In this document: positions 27,793-36,964 of the stretch, piece after piece
How the letters are laid out: each line of letters opens with the position of its first letter
Position numbering within the stretch: the first letter of the stretch is position 1
NCBI GenBank assembly: GCA_965116635.1
Contig: OZ220710.1
Span: 2,335,467 to 2,399,466 of the forward strand
Source: Thermodesulfobacteriota bacterium
GTDB taxonomy: Bacteria > Desulfobacterota > Binatia > UBA9968 > JAJDTQ01
Reading direction: 5' to 3'
Length of the DNA: 64,000 nt
Notes under the pieces: generated by a model
What the model saw: only the letters and a program-made list of their open reading frames with translations
What the model was told of the DNA's origin: nothing
Databases searched by the model: none
Made by a program: the position numbers and the translations under genes

Positions 27793-28758
27793 ATGGTCCG
27801 ACTCATTGCAAGCTTTCTGACAGCCGCCATGACGCTGGCGGGCGCTGCCACGGTGCTGGCCCAGAACATGCCCACGGTGCAGATATCGTCGTTCGACAAG
27901 CCGTCGTTCGGCCATACAACGGCTTCGCTCATCGAAGCCAACGAATTCGACAAGAAGCACGGTGTCGACTTCCAGTGGGTCTTCAAGCAGGGACGCGCAG
28001 CCAACACCGACTTCGCCACCGGCAGGGACCAGATCACCATCGCTTCCGCGCTCCTGTCGGAGGCCAACCGCCGGCTCAAGGGGGTGAAATCGGTCTATCT
28101 GTTCAACGTGCTCAACGGGCACGGCGCGCTGCTGACCATGGACCCCACCATCAACAGTATCGAGGACCTCGAGGGCAAGAGCCTCGGGGCGTTCACCGTG
28201 ACCACCAACTACGCCATGTTCCGCTACTTCGCTCACAAGGCGGGGGTCGACCTGAACAAGGTGTCGATCCAGTCCACCAACACCGGGGGATTGGCGACCC
28301 TGCTGATGGCCAAGCGCGCCGACGCGGTTCACTTCTGGGAGCCCAACTACTCCAAGATGCTGGTGGACAATCCCGGCAAGCTCAAGATGATCGAGTACTT
28401 CCACCAGTGGCAGTCCATCCATGGGGCGCCGCAGAGAGGCTTCCTCGGGATCGCCGCGCATGAGGAATGGATCAACGCGAACAAGGCGCTGATCCCGAAG
28501 ATCTACGCGGCCTTCGAGGAGTTGGCCAAGTGGCTGCCGACGCACCATGACGAAGCCGCCACGATCATCGAGAAGGCGGCCGGCGTTCCCAAGGAGGCGT
28601 TCCTGATGGCACTGGCCACCGCTCGGTATCCGCTGGACGTGGTACCCGCGGCCGAGATCGAAGGGAACATCAAGGCGCTCTTCCAGGCCGGTATCGAAAG
28701 CGGCTACATGAAGCAGATGCCGGACGATGGCATCATCTACCGGGGCAAGGTCCGTTAG
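27793..28758 (+). CDS. ABC transporter substrate-binding protein (NitT/TauT, NMT1-like)
   Basis: Signal peptide. Periplasmic-binding fold typical of sulfonate/nitrate/taurine systems. GAGGAGGG lies upstream of the ATG. Confidence 0.8.
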   Translation: MVRLIASFLTAAMTLAGAATVLAQNMPTVQISSFDKPSFGHTTASLIEANEFDKKHGVDFQWVFKQGRAANTDFATGRDQITIASALLSEANRRLKGVKSVYLFNVLNGHGALLTMDPTINSIEDLEGKSLGAFTVTTNYAMFRYFAHKAGVDLNKVSIQSTNTGGLATLLMAKRADAVHFWEPNYSKMLVDNPGKLKMIEYFHQWQSIHGAPQRGFLGIAAHEEWINANKALIPKIYAAFEELAKWLPTHHDEAATIIEKAAGVPKEAFLMALATARYPLDVVPAAEIEGNIKALFQAGIESGYMKQMPDDGIIYRGKVR

Positions 28759-28791
28759 CGAAGCGCCCCCGCGCGCAAGTCAACGGCTAGC

Positions 28792-29631
28792 ATGGAATCC
28801 GAGGCGACCCGCACCGAGTTGTCGACGGCTCAGGCCCAGGAAGCGTGGCATGCACGCATCCTGGGCCTCATGGCCGCCCGCAAGGAACCCATCATCTCCT
28901 TTGCCGTGATCCTGGTGACTTGGCAGGTCGCGTCCTTCTTCGTGCCTCCCTACCTGGTCCCGGGCGTCGGCGTCATCTTCGCGGCGTTCATCGAGATCGT
29001 CGCGAGCCTCACCTTGTTGGGAGACGTGTTCACCACCATGGGGAGGATCTTCCTGGGGCTGATCCTGGCCTTCATCAGCGGCACCATCCTGGGCGTGTTC
29101 ATGGGCTTCACCGAAGCAGTGGAGAAGTACACCCTGCCGGTGCTCCACTTCATCATGGGCATCCCGGCGCTCTCCTGGGTGGTCTTCGCGATCATCTGGT
29201 TCAGCCACGTGGAGACGCGCATCGCGTTCATTCTCCTGGCCGGCTCCCTGCCCAACTTTGCGCTGATCATCCACGACGGCATCAAGAGCATCTCCAAGGA
29301 GTACCTGGACATGCTGCGGGCGCTGCGCCCCACGCGGAAACAGCTCTTCTCCAAGTTGATCCTGCCGGGGATGATCCCCGCGGTGCTGACCGCGTGGAAG
29401 GTGAACCTCGGACTCGCCGCCCGCGTGGTCATCGTCGCCGAATTGGTGGGCGCCACCCGGGGCGTGGGCAACAAGCTGCTGCTGGCGCAGGAACTCTTCG
29501 AGATGCCCAAGGCCATCGCCTGGACCCTCGTGCTGGTGACCTTCCTGCTCATCACCCAGCTCACCATTCTCGCGCTGGAGAACAAGCTGCTGCGCTGGCG
29601 TCCGGCGAAAACAGGAGGCATGGCCACGTGA
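28792..29631 (+). CDS. ABC transporter permease (NitT/TauT family)
   Basis: 6-TM permease with a BPD_transp_1-like EAA region. Confidence 0.85.
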   Translation: MESEATRTELSTAQAQEAWHARILGLMAARKEPIISFAVILVTWQVASFFVPPYLVPGVGVIFAAFIEIVASLTLLGDVFTTMGRIFLGLILAFISGTILGVFMGFTEAVEKYTLPVLHFIMGIPALSWVVFAIIWFSHVETRIAFILLAGSLPNFALIIHDGIKSISKEYLDMLRALRPTRKQLFSKLILPGMIPAVLTAWKVNLGLAARVVIVAELVGATRGVGNKLLLAQELFEMPKAIAWTLVLVTFLLITQLTILALENKLLRWRPAKTGGMAT

Positions 29632-30395
29632 GCACCGATGCCATCATCCGCATGCAGGACGTTCGCATGGTCTTCACCTCAGTGGACGGCGACCGTTTCA
29701 CCGCGGTGGAGGAACTGAACCTGGAGGTCGGCAGCGGGGACATCGTCGCCATCGTGGGCAAGACCGGGTGCGGCAAATCCACCACCTTCAACCTGCTGCT
29801 GGGCCTCGACCAACCCACTTCCGGATCGATCACGCTGCTGGACCACGATCCCTACGAGGAGTTCGACTATTTCCGCTCCAAGCTCGGCGTGATCTTTCAG
29901 ACCGACCGCCTGCTGCCGTGGCGCACCGCCCTGGAGAACGCCCGGGTGGGCCTGGAGATCCTCGGATACGGCGAGAAGGAACAGAACGACATCGCCCTCG
30001 AGTGGCTGCACAAGCTGGAGCTGCAGGGGTTCGAGGACGCCTACCCCCACGAGTTGTCGGGGGGCATGCGCCAGCGGGTGGGCATGGCCCGGGCCTTCTG
30101 CCTCACGCCGGAGATCTTCTTCGCCGACGAGGCCTTCGGCCACCTGGACCAGTCCACCGCCAGACGGCTGCGGGAAGTGTTCCTGGAACTCGTCAACGAA
30201 AGCAAAAAAACCTGCCTCCTCATCACCCACAACATCCACGAAGCCCTGGAGATCGGCTCACGCCTGGTGGTCCTGGGCAAGCCCGGCAAGGTCCTCGCCG
30301 ACATGGAGACACCCACCAACGCCACCCGTGCCGAGATGGCCGAGTTCGAGGACCGGGTCCTCGACATCATCGAGAGCAACGAAGTCGTCGGGTGA
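29628..30395 (+). CDS. ABC transporter ATP-binding protein
   Basis: Walker A GKTGCGKST, LSGGMRQR signature and Walker B FFADEAF. The GTG start overlaps the permease stop. Confidence 0.85.
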   Translation: MSTDAIIRMQDVRMVFTSVDGDRFTAVEELNLEVGSGDIVAIVGKTGCGKSTTFNLLLGLDQPTSGSITLLDHDPYEEFDYFRSKLGVIFQTDRLLPWRTALENARVGLEILGYGEKEQNDIALEWLHKLELQGFEDAYPHELSGGMRQRVGMARAFCLTPEIFFADEAFGHLDQSTARRLREVFLELVNESKKTCLLITHNIHEALEIGSRLVVLGKPGKVLADMETPTNATRAEMAEFEDRVLDIIESNEVVG

Positions 30396-30398
30396 GTG

Positions 30399-30535
30399 TC
30401 AGGGCTAGGGGCGACCGCGGGTCGCCCCTACGGGGATTCATCGCAGCGCAATAGGTCAGGGGCGACCGCGGGTCACCCCTGCGGGGCACGGGTAGGGGCG
30501 ACCCGCGGTCGCCCCCTGACCGGATTCCCGCCGCA
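30399..30535. repeat. Repeat family B: three tandem GC-rich palindromic units (taggggcgaccgcgggtcgcccct) between convergent genes
   Basis: Copies at about 30406, 30463 and 30501 with irregular spacing. The same palindrome recurs at 36856-36930 and inside the MITE at 12035. Confidence 0.8.
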
Positions 30536-30545
30536 GCGCAGGTTC

Positions 30546-31859
30546 CTACCCCAGCATCTGGCTCGGCAGCCACAGGGAGATCTGCGGGAAGCTCACCAGG
30601 ATGATGAGGGTCACCACGTCCATCAGGAAGAACGGCAGGATGCCCTTGAAGATCTCCTCCAGGCGCACCATGCCGTGCGCCGCGGCATTCACGGTGTAGA
30701 CATTCATTCCCACCGGCGGCGTGATGAGGCCGATCTCCGAGGTCTTGATCACCAGCACGCCGAACCAGATGCCGCTGAAACCCATCTCGATGATGATGGG
30801 GAAGACGATGGGCAAGGTGATGGCCATCATCGCAGCGGGATCCATGAACATTCCCAGGAAGACGTAGAGCAGCAGGAATCCGGCCAGGACCACGTAACGC
30901 GACAGGCCGGAGCTCACCAGGTAGTCCGCCAACTGCGGGCCGACGTTGGTGACGGCCAGGAACCGGCTGAAGATGTAGGCGCCGATGATGATGGTGAACA
31001 GCATCGTGGTGGAGGTGGCGGTGTCGAGAACCGTGTTCCGCAACCTCTCGCGCGTGAAACTGCCCTTGAAGATCATGATCATGAAAGCGCCGAAGGCGCC
31101 GAAGGCCCCCGCCTCGGTGGGCGTGGCGATGCCCAGGTAGATGGCGCCCATGACGATGGCGGAGAGCGTGACGATGCCCCACACCCGATACAGGGAAAGG
31201 AGCTTCTCCCTCAACGGCGGCCGTTCCTCGATAAGAGGCGCTATTTCGGGCTGGAGCTTGACCCAAAAGGAGATCATGCTCATGTAGATCAGGGCCGACA
31301 GAATCCCCGGAATGAGACCCGCGATCAGCAGTTGGCCGATGGACTGCTCGGTGATGATGCCGTAGATGATCATGAGGCCGCTGGGAGGGATCAGCGCACC
31401 CAGGGTCCCCGAGGCCGCGATGGCGCCGGTGGCGATGCGCTTGTCGTAGCCGTACTTGAGCATCTCCGGCAAGGCCACCTGGGTGAACGTGGCGGCGGTG
31501 GCTACGCTGGAGCCGCAGGCGGCCGCAAAGGCGGCGCAACTCGCCGTGGTGGCCATGGCGAGACCGCCCCGGACCCGCCCCATCCACTTTTGAACGACCG
31601 AGTAAATGTCCGCGCTCAGACCGCCGTAGTTGGCGAACTGCCCCATCAGGATGAAGACGGGGATCGCGAAGAACGTGAAGTTGGCCACGACCTTGTACGG
31701 GGTCGTCCGCAACAGGCCGATCCCGGCGGACCAACTGTCGGTGATCATGACGAAGCCCAGGACCCCCACCAGCCCCAGGGACACGGCCACGTGAAGCCCG
31801 CACAGAAGCAGGATGATCAGAACAAAAATGCTGATGATCGCGAGAAAGGTTGGATCCAT
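30546..31859 (-). CDS. dctM: TRAP transporter large permease subunit
   Basis: 437 aa, about 12 TM helices, typical DctM composition. Confidence 0.9.
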   Translation of the reverse strand: MDPTFLAIISIFVLIILLLCGLHVAVSLGLVGVLGFVMITDSWSAGIGLLRTTPYKVVANFTFFAIPVFILMGQFANYGGLSADIYSVVQKWMGRVRGGLAMATTASCAAFAAACGSSVATAATFTQVALPEMLKYGYDKRIATGAIAASGTLGALIPPSGLMIIYGIITEQSIGQLLIAGLIPGILSALIYMSMISFWVKLQPEIAPLIEERPPLREKLLSLYRVWGIVTLSAIVMGAIYLGIATPTEAGAFGAFGAFMIMIFKGSFTRERLRNTVLDTATSTTMLFTIIIGAYIFSRFLAVTNVGPQLADYLVSSGLSRYVVLAGFLLLYVFLGMFMDPAAMMAITLPIVFPIIIEMGFSGIWFGVLVIKTSEIGLITPPVGMNVYTVNAAAHGMVRLEEIFKGILPFFLMDVVTLIILVSFPQISLWLPSQMLG

Positions 31860-31866
31860 GTAAAGC

Positions 31867-32415
31867 CTACCCCGGGGTTATGAAACTCTGAAACCGTTTC
31901 CAGGCGTCTCTCAACAGTTGCAAGGCGATCAAGGCGGCGCCGAACGGGATTGCGAGCTTCGGCGGGTAGACCGGAATCTGCACCAATCCGTCGGATGCCT
32001 CGCGGTATTCGAAGGATGAAACCCCGGCAAACCACGACTGCCAGCCCATCAGCAAGAAAAACACCGCCGCGATCACGAGGACCACGACCGCAAGTCCGTC
32101 CCCAACCCTTCCGGGCAGCCGCTGCGTCACCAGCTCCACGCAGATGTGCCGCTTGGTGAGCTGAACGTACGCCAGGCTGAAGAAGACCACGAACACGATG
32201 AGGAACTCGGTGAACTCCAGCGTCCCTGGGATGGGGCTCGAGAACACGTAGCGTCCGGTGACATCCACCGTGATCAGCAGCATCATGAAGAACAGGATGT
32301 AGCCGCTTATTGCATTCAGGAAGGTAAGGAACCGTGTGACCGCGGTGTGATCGTCCTTCGGCGGGCCAAACCCCGGGTCTACGGTGGCTTCGACAAGATC
32401 TTTCGGTTGTTCCAC
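31867..32415 (-). CDS. dctQ: TRAP transporter small permease subunit
   Basis: 182 aa with 4 TM helices, lying between dctP and dctM. Confidence 0.75.
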   Translation of the reverse strand: MEQPKDLVEATVDPGFGPPKDDHTAVTRFLTFLNAISGYILFFMMLLITVDVTGRYVFSSPIPGTLEFTEFLIVFVVFFSLAYVQLTKRHICVELVTQRLPGRVGDGLAVVVLVIAAVFFLLMGWQSWFAGVSSFEYREASDGLVQIPVYPPKLAIPFGAALIALQLLRDAWKRFQSFITPG

Positions 32416-32524
32416 GATTGGCTAACCCCGTGGCTGGTAATGGGCCAGGCGGGGACGGCCTGCCGGCCGCCCCCGCAACTCGCGTGCTAATTGGAAGGGT
32501 CTATCCCCCGCCGCTCAACCAGAC

Positions 32525-33556
32525 CTATTCGCCGCGAAAAACGGCGAGGGTCTTCTTGCCGGGCAGGCCCAGCTTATTCATGCTGGCCACCCAGTCCCCG
32601 GCGATCTTCTGGACGCCCGGGCTGTTCTTCCACTTCTCCCTGTCCGAGGCCGAGAAATCGACGATCTTGACGCCCTTGCCCGCCAGGTACTTCTGGAACT
32701 TGACGTCGTCGTCCTTCATCGCCTGGGCTTCCCACTTGCCGACCCGCTCACCCTCTTCCAGGAGGATCTTCTGGTGTTCCTTCGACAGGGAATCCCACTT
32801 CCTCTTGTTGATGGTGAAGGTGTTGACGCCCGCGATGCAGCCCATCTCGATCTTGCTCATGTACTTGGCCACCTCGTAGGTCTTGAACCGCTGGGCCGCC
32901 TCGAAGGAGAGGATGCGCGCGTCGATGGTCTTGCGCTGCAGCGCCTCGTACATCTCGCCGCCGGTGGTGCTCACCGGAATCCCGCCCCCCGCCTTGATGG
33001 CCTTGGGCGCGATGCGGCCGAAGGTGCCCACCTTCTTGCCCTTGAGCTCCGCCAGGTTCGTGATGGGGTAGTGGGCCACGAGCTGGTAGCTCGCCGTGGC
33101 GGTCATGCCCACCACCACGTGGCCGAACTTGGTCAGCTCGGCGGTGGCCTCCGGGATCTGCGCGAGCACGCGCATGCCGCCGTCGCGCGACTGCACCGGA
33201 TCGCTCACGGCGAAGGGCAGCCCCGCCACCTGTAGCAGTCGGATCTTGTCGGAGAAATAGCCGATGGCCAGGTCGGCCATGTCGGAGGTGCCCAACTGCA
33301 CCGCTTCCAGGGCCTCCTTGGCGTGCACCAGCGAGTTGGCCCAAAAGATCTGAACCTCGATCTCGCCATTGGTCCTCTTGGCCACGCCCTCCTTGAAATG
33401 CACCAGATAGTCGGCGCGCGGCGTTCCCGGGCGCGCGGACTGTGTCGCTACCTTGAGGATGATCTTGGATTGGGCGTCTTCCGGCGTCGTCCACCCGGCA
33501 ACGCACAGCACACCTGCCATCAGGAAGACTGCCAATGATTTCGATACTGCGGTCAT
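32525..33556 (-). CDS. dctP: TRAP transporter substrate-binding protein
   Basis: Signal peptide plus DctP-family SBP. About 85% identical to the paralog at 34767. Confidence 0.85.
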   Translation of the reverse strand: MTAVSKSLAVFLMAGVLCVAGWTTPEDAQSKIILKVATQSARPGTPRADYLVHFKEGVAKRTNGEIEVQIFWANSLVHAKEALEAVQLGTSDMADLAIGYFSDKIRLLQVAGLPFAVSDPVQSRDGGMRVLAQIPEATAELTKFGHVVVGMTATASYQLVAHYPITNLAELKGKKVGTFGRIAPKAIKAGGGIPVSTTGGEMYEALQRKTIDARILSFEAAQRFKTYEVAKYMSKIEMGCIAGVNTFTINKRKWDSLSKEHQKILLEEGERVGKWEAQAMKDDDVKFQKYLAGKGVKIVDFSASDREKWKNSPGVQKIAGDWVASMNKLGLPGKKTLAVFRGE

Positions 33557-33636
33557 GCTTTCCCCTTTCTGATGTTAACTACCTTACCGTGACGCGGACG
33601 CGTCATGGCCCAGCGCCTTCCGTCCACTACCAGGAT

Positions 33637-34704
33637 TCACAGATTGAAAAACCGCTTCGCATTGTCGCCCAGCACCGCCTGCTTGTCCTCCCGGGACATG
33701 TCGTCGCGTTCCACGACCTCTTCGATCTCGTGTTTCGCCGCCGGCAGATCCACCTCGTGCGGATAGTCCGATGCGTAGGCGAAGGCCTCGATGCCGACCC
33801 TGCTGGCCACGTACGCCAGGGTCTCCTCGCTGCCCTCGCATCCCAGCAGGATGCGGCCGCCCTTGAGATATTCCACTGGCCGCATCTTGGGCTGGTCGGC
33901 GGCGTCGAAGTAGTTCTCGTCACGCACCATGCGGTCGACGAGGAAATCGAGCCAGCCACAGCCCCCCTCCATGAACGCGGCCCGGAGCTTGGGGTGTGCG
34001 TCGAACACGCCGTGGTAGATGAACGACACCAGCGCGATCATCAACGGGATCGAATGATGCAGGACGTGGGAACCCGTGAAGTTCGTGAACGTATCCATTC
34101 CGACGCCCAGGTTGGAGCCGCCATGAATGGCTATCGGCACGCCCAAGCGCTCGGCTTCCGCGTAGACCGGCCAGTAGCTCTGGTGGCCCAGGTGCAGCGG
34201 CAGTCCGGTGGACGGAAGCATGCCGCCGACGAAGCCCAGCTTGTCCACCGCCCGCCGGAGCTCCTTCACCGCCTCGGGCACGTCCTGCATGGGCAGGAGC
34301 GCCACCGGCCGCAGCCGGTCGCTCACCTTGGCGAACTTCTCGTAGATGTAGTCGTTGTAGGCTTGGCAGACCTCGACCGCATACCGCGGTATCTGGATGA
34401 GGCCCACCGAGAGCCCTTCGGTGGTGAACAGGACGGTCTTGTCGATGCCGGCCTGCTCGAGGAAGGCGACCCAGTCCTCGCCGCTGCCCGGCATGTACTC
34501 GCTGGCAGTGACCCGCTCGTTGCCGGTGGTCCCGGCGTGGAGGGCGAAATGCATCCCGTCGATGGAAGGAAACACCCCCTGGCGATCCCGGGCCGGGTTG
34601 GTAGCCTGCATCTTGATGCGGTCACTCATGAAGTCGGCCATGTCGGGGACCCACTCCACCACATGGCCGTCACAATCCACTATGGAATAATCTTCATACG
34701 ACAC
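33637..34704 (-). CDS. amidohydrolase-2 family metal-dependent hydrolase/decarboxylase
   Basis: N-terminus MSYEDYSIVDCDGHVVEW. Sandwiched between two dctP paralogs. Confidence 0.8.
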   Translation of the reverse strand: MSYEDYSIVDCDGHVVEWVPDMADFMSDRIKMQATNPARDRQGVFPSIDGMHFALHAGTTGNERVTASEYMPGSGEDWVAFLEQAGIDKTVLFTTEGLSVGLIQIPRYAVEVCQAYNDYIYEKFAKVSDRLRPVALLPMQDVPEAVKELRRAVDKLGFVGGMLPSTGLPLHLGHQSYWPVYAEAERLGVPIAIHGGSNLGVGMDTFTNFTGSHVLHHSIPLMIALVSFIYHGVFDAHPKLRAAFMEGGCGWLDFLVDRMVRDENYFDAADQPKMRPVEYLKGGRILLGCEGSEETLAYVASRVGIEAFAYASDYPHEVDLPAAKHEIEEVVERDDMSREDKQAVLGDNAKRFFNL

Positions 34705-34766
34705 GGCATCCTCCCGAACCGGCGTGACCGTCCCTCACGCGCCACGCGAAGCTGCTGCTCCTTCCC

Positions 34767-35801
34767 TTACTCCTTGCCCAGGAAAGCCGCAAGGGTCTTT
34801 TTGCCGGGCAGGCCCAACTTGTCCATACTCGCCACCCAGTCCCCGGCGATCTGCTGGACGCCCGGGCTGTTCTTCCACTTCTCCCGGTCCTCGGCGGAAA
34901 AATCGACGATGATCACGCCCTTGTCCTTCAGGTACTTCTGGAACTTGAGGTCGTCGTCCTTCATCGCCTGGGCTTCCCACCTGCCGGCCTTGTCGGCCTC
35001 GTCGAGGATGATCTTCTGGTGTTCCTTCGAAAGGCCGTCCCATTTCCTCTGGTTGATGGTGAACATGGTAACGCCGGCGATGCAGCCCATCTCGATCCGG
35101 CTCATGTACTTGGCAACCTCGTAGGTCTTGAACCGCTGGGCCGCCTCGAAGGAGAGGATGCGGGCATCGATGGTCTTGCGCTGGAGAGCTTCGTACATCT
35201 CGCCGCCGGTGGTGCTCACCGGAATCCCACCCCCCGCCTTGATGGCCTTTGGCGCGATGCGGCCGAAGGTGCCGACCTTCTTGCCCTTGAGCTCCGCAAG
35301 GTTTCTGATGGGATCGTGAGCCACGAGCTGGTAGCTCGCCGTGGCGGCCATGCCCACGATGACGTGACCGAACTTGGTCAACTCGGCGCGCGCCTCCGGA
35401 ACCTGTTGGAGGACGCGTTCTATGCCCTGCCACGACTCCACCGGATCAGCGACGGAAAAAGGCAGCCCCGCGACCTGCAGCAAGCGGATCTTGTCGGAAA
35501 AGTAGCCGACGGCCAGATCGGCCATGTCCGCCGTCCCCAACTGCACGGCTTCCAGGGCCTCCTTGGCATGCACGAGGGAGTTGGCCCAGAAGATCTGGAC
35601 GTCGATCTCGCCGTTGGTCCTCTTCTCCACCCCTTTCTCGAAACGCACGAGATAGTCGGCGCGCGGAGTCCCGGGGCGGGCGGACTGGGTCGGAATCTTG
35701 AGAATGATCTTCGCCTGGGCGTCGACCGGAAGCGCAACCCCGGCCGCGCACACGAATCCTGCCAATACAAAGAGCGCCAACGATCTGGATAGTGCTTTCA
35801 T
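34767..35801 (-). CDS. dctP: TRAP transporter substrate-binding protein (second paralog)
   Basis: Near-duplicate of 32525-33556. Read directly. Confidence 0.85.
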   Translation of the reverse strand: MKALSRSLALFVLAGFVCAAGVALPVDAQAKIILKIPTQSARPGTPRADYLVRFEKGVEKRTNGEIDVQIFWANSLVHAKEALEAVQLGTADMADLAVGYFSDKIRLLQVAGLPFSVADPVESWQGIERVLQQVPEARAELTKFGHVIVGMAATASYQLVAHDPIRNLAELKGKKVGTFGRIAPKAIKAGGGIPVSTTGGEMYEALQRKTIDARILSFEAAQRFKTYEVAKYMSRIEMGCIAGVTMFTINQRKWDGLSKEHQKIILDEADKAGRWEAQAMKDDDLKFQKYLKDKGVIIVDFSAEDREKWKNSPGVQQIAGDWVASMDKLGLPGKKTLAAFLGKE

Positions 35802-36002
35802 GGTTTCCCCCTTCTGCTGCTGGTGGCCTGTGCCCTGAAAACGGAACGGTTTCCGCCTTCGACGCAGCCGACACTAGTAGAAGCCGCGAACGGATGTCAA
35901 GGGCAAGTGGAAGGTTTATGCAACGAAGCCGGGCACTTTCGCATGCAAGTGCCCGGCTTCGTCAATCCTTGAGGCCGCTCCGCATCGATCCGGGTGAGCC
36001 GG

Positions 36003-36773
36003 TCAGCTCGCCGGCAGCCGCTCCTTGGGGAAGTTCGATGCCGCGCTGACGCCGCCGTCGCAGATGAGGTTCTCGCCCCACACGAAGCCCGAGTCGTCGC
36101 TGGCCAGGAACAGCATGGCCTTGGCCTGATCCTCGGCCGTGCCCAGGCGTCCCGCCAGGTTCTTGAATTCCCGGCCCACGGCGCCCTCGTCCTGGCCCAC
36201 CGGAGAACCCGAGCGGTTGGGGGTCAGGCAGTTGACCCGGATGTTGTACTGGGAAAGCTGCACCGCCATGCCGCGCGACAGGTTGACCACCCCGCCCTTG
36301 GCCGCCATGTAGGCGATGGCGTCGGTGCGTCCGGAAAGGCCCGACGTCGACGCCACGTTGACGATCACGCCGCCCCGGCCCTGCTTGACCATCTGCTCCG
36401 CCACGTAGCGGCCGACGAGGAACGGTCCCTTGAGGGTCACGTCGATGACCAGGTCCCACTCCTCTTCCGAAATGCTGAAGATGGTCTCGTGGTCGGTGAC
36501 GGCGGCGTTGTTGACCAGGATGTCGATGCCGCCGAAGGCGTCCACCGTGGCCTGGACCATGGCCTTCACGTCGTCGGTGTTGGCCACGTTGCACTTGGCG
36601 TAGATGGCTTCATGGCCGCCGGCCTTGAGGTCGCTGACGACCTTCTCGCCGCGCCCCGGGTCCATGTCCACGATGCAGATCTTTGCGCCCTCCGAGGCGA
36701 ACAGCTTGGCGGCCGCCTCGCCGATGTTGCGGCCCGATCCGGTAATAATCGCTACGCGGTCCTTGAGCTTCAT
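36003..36773 (-). CDS. SDR family oxidoreductase
   Basis: TGSGRNIG Rossmann motif and a YxxxK-type active site region. Confidence 0.85.
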   Translation of the reverse strand: MKLKDRVAIITGSGRNIGEAAAKLFASEGAKICIVDMDPGRGEKVVSDLKAGGHEAIYAKCNVANTDDVKAMVQATVDAFGGIDILVNNAAVTDHETIFSISEEEWDLVIDVTLKGPFLVGRYVAEQMVKQGRGGVIVNVASTSGLSGRTDAIAYMAAKGGVVNLSRGMAVQLSQYNIRVNCLTPNRSGSPVGQDEGAVGREFKNLAGRLGTAEDQAKAMLFLASDDSGFVWGENLICDGGVSAASNFPKERLPAS

Positions 36774-36855
36774 GCTTTCCTCCTTGCCCCACCACGACGG
36801 GTTGTTTTGGGGTCGTCTTGGTTACTTCGCACAATAGTGGTCTTCCTGGTGTCCC

Positions 36856-36930
36856 GCGGACCCTGTAGGGGCGACCCGCGGTCGCCCTGCCGGGGCCGCC
36901 GCCACAAGGGCGACCGCGGGTCGCCCCTAC
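36856..36930. repeat. Repeat family B: two inverted GC-rich palindromic units
   Basis: gtaggggcgacccgcggtcgccc ... agggcgaccgcgggtcgcccctac. Confidence 0.8.
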
Positions 36931-36964
36931 ACGCATACCCCCTTGCCTCGCGGTAGATTCCCGA

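Noticed and set aside
30399-30535. Possible CRISPR array suggested by the repeated GC-rich palindromes
   Set aside because: Only three copies, with irregular spacing (59 and 35 bp). The units are perfect palindromes shared with dispersed copies at 36856 and 12035, and there are no cas genes nearby. This is an interspersed repeat, not CRISPR.
33535-35124. 529-aa plus-strand ORF spanning the amidohydrolase/dctP2 region
   Set aside because: It is antisense to two well-supported minus-strand genes (an amidohydrolase-2 with DCDGHVVEW and DctP) and its translation has no recognisable features.
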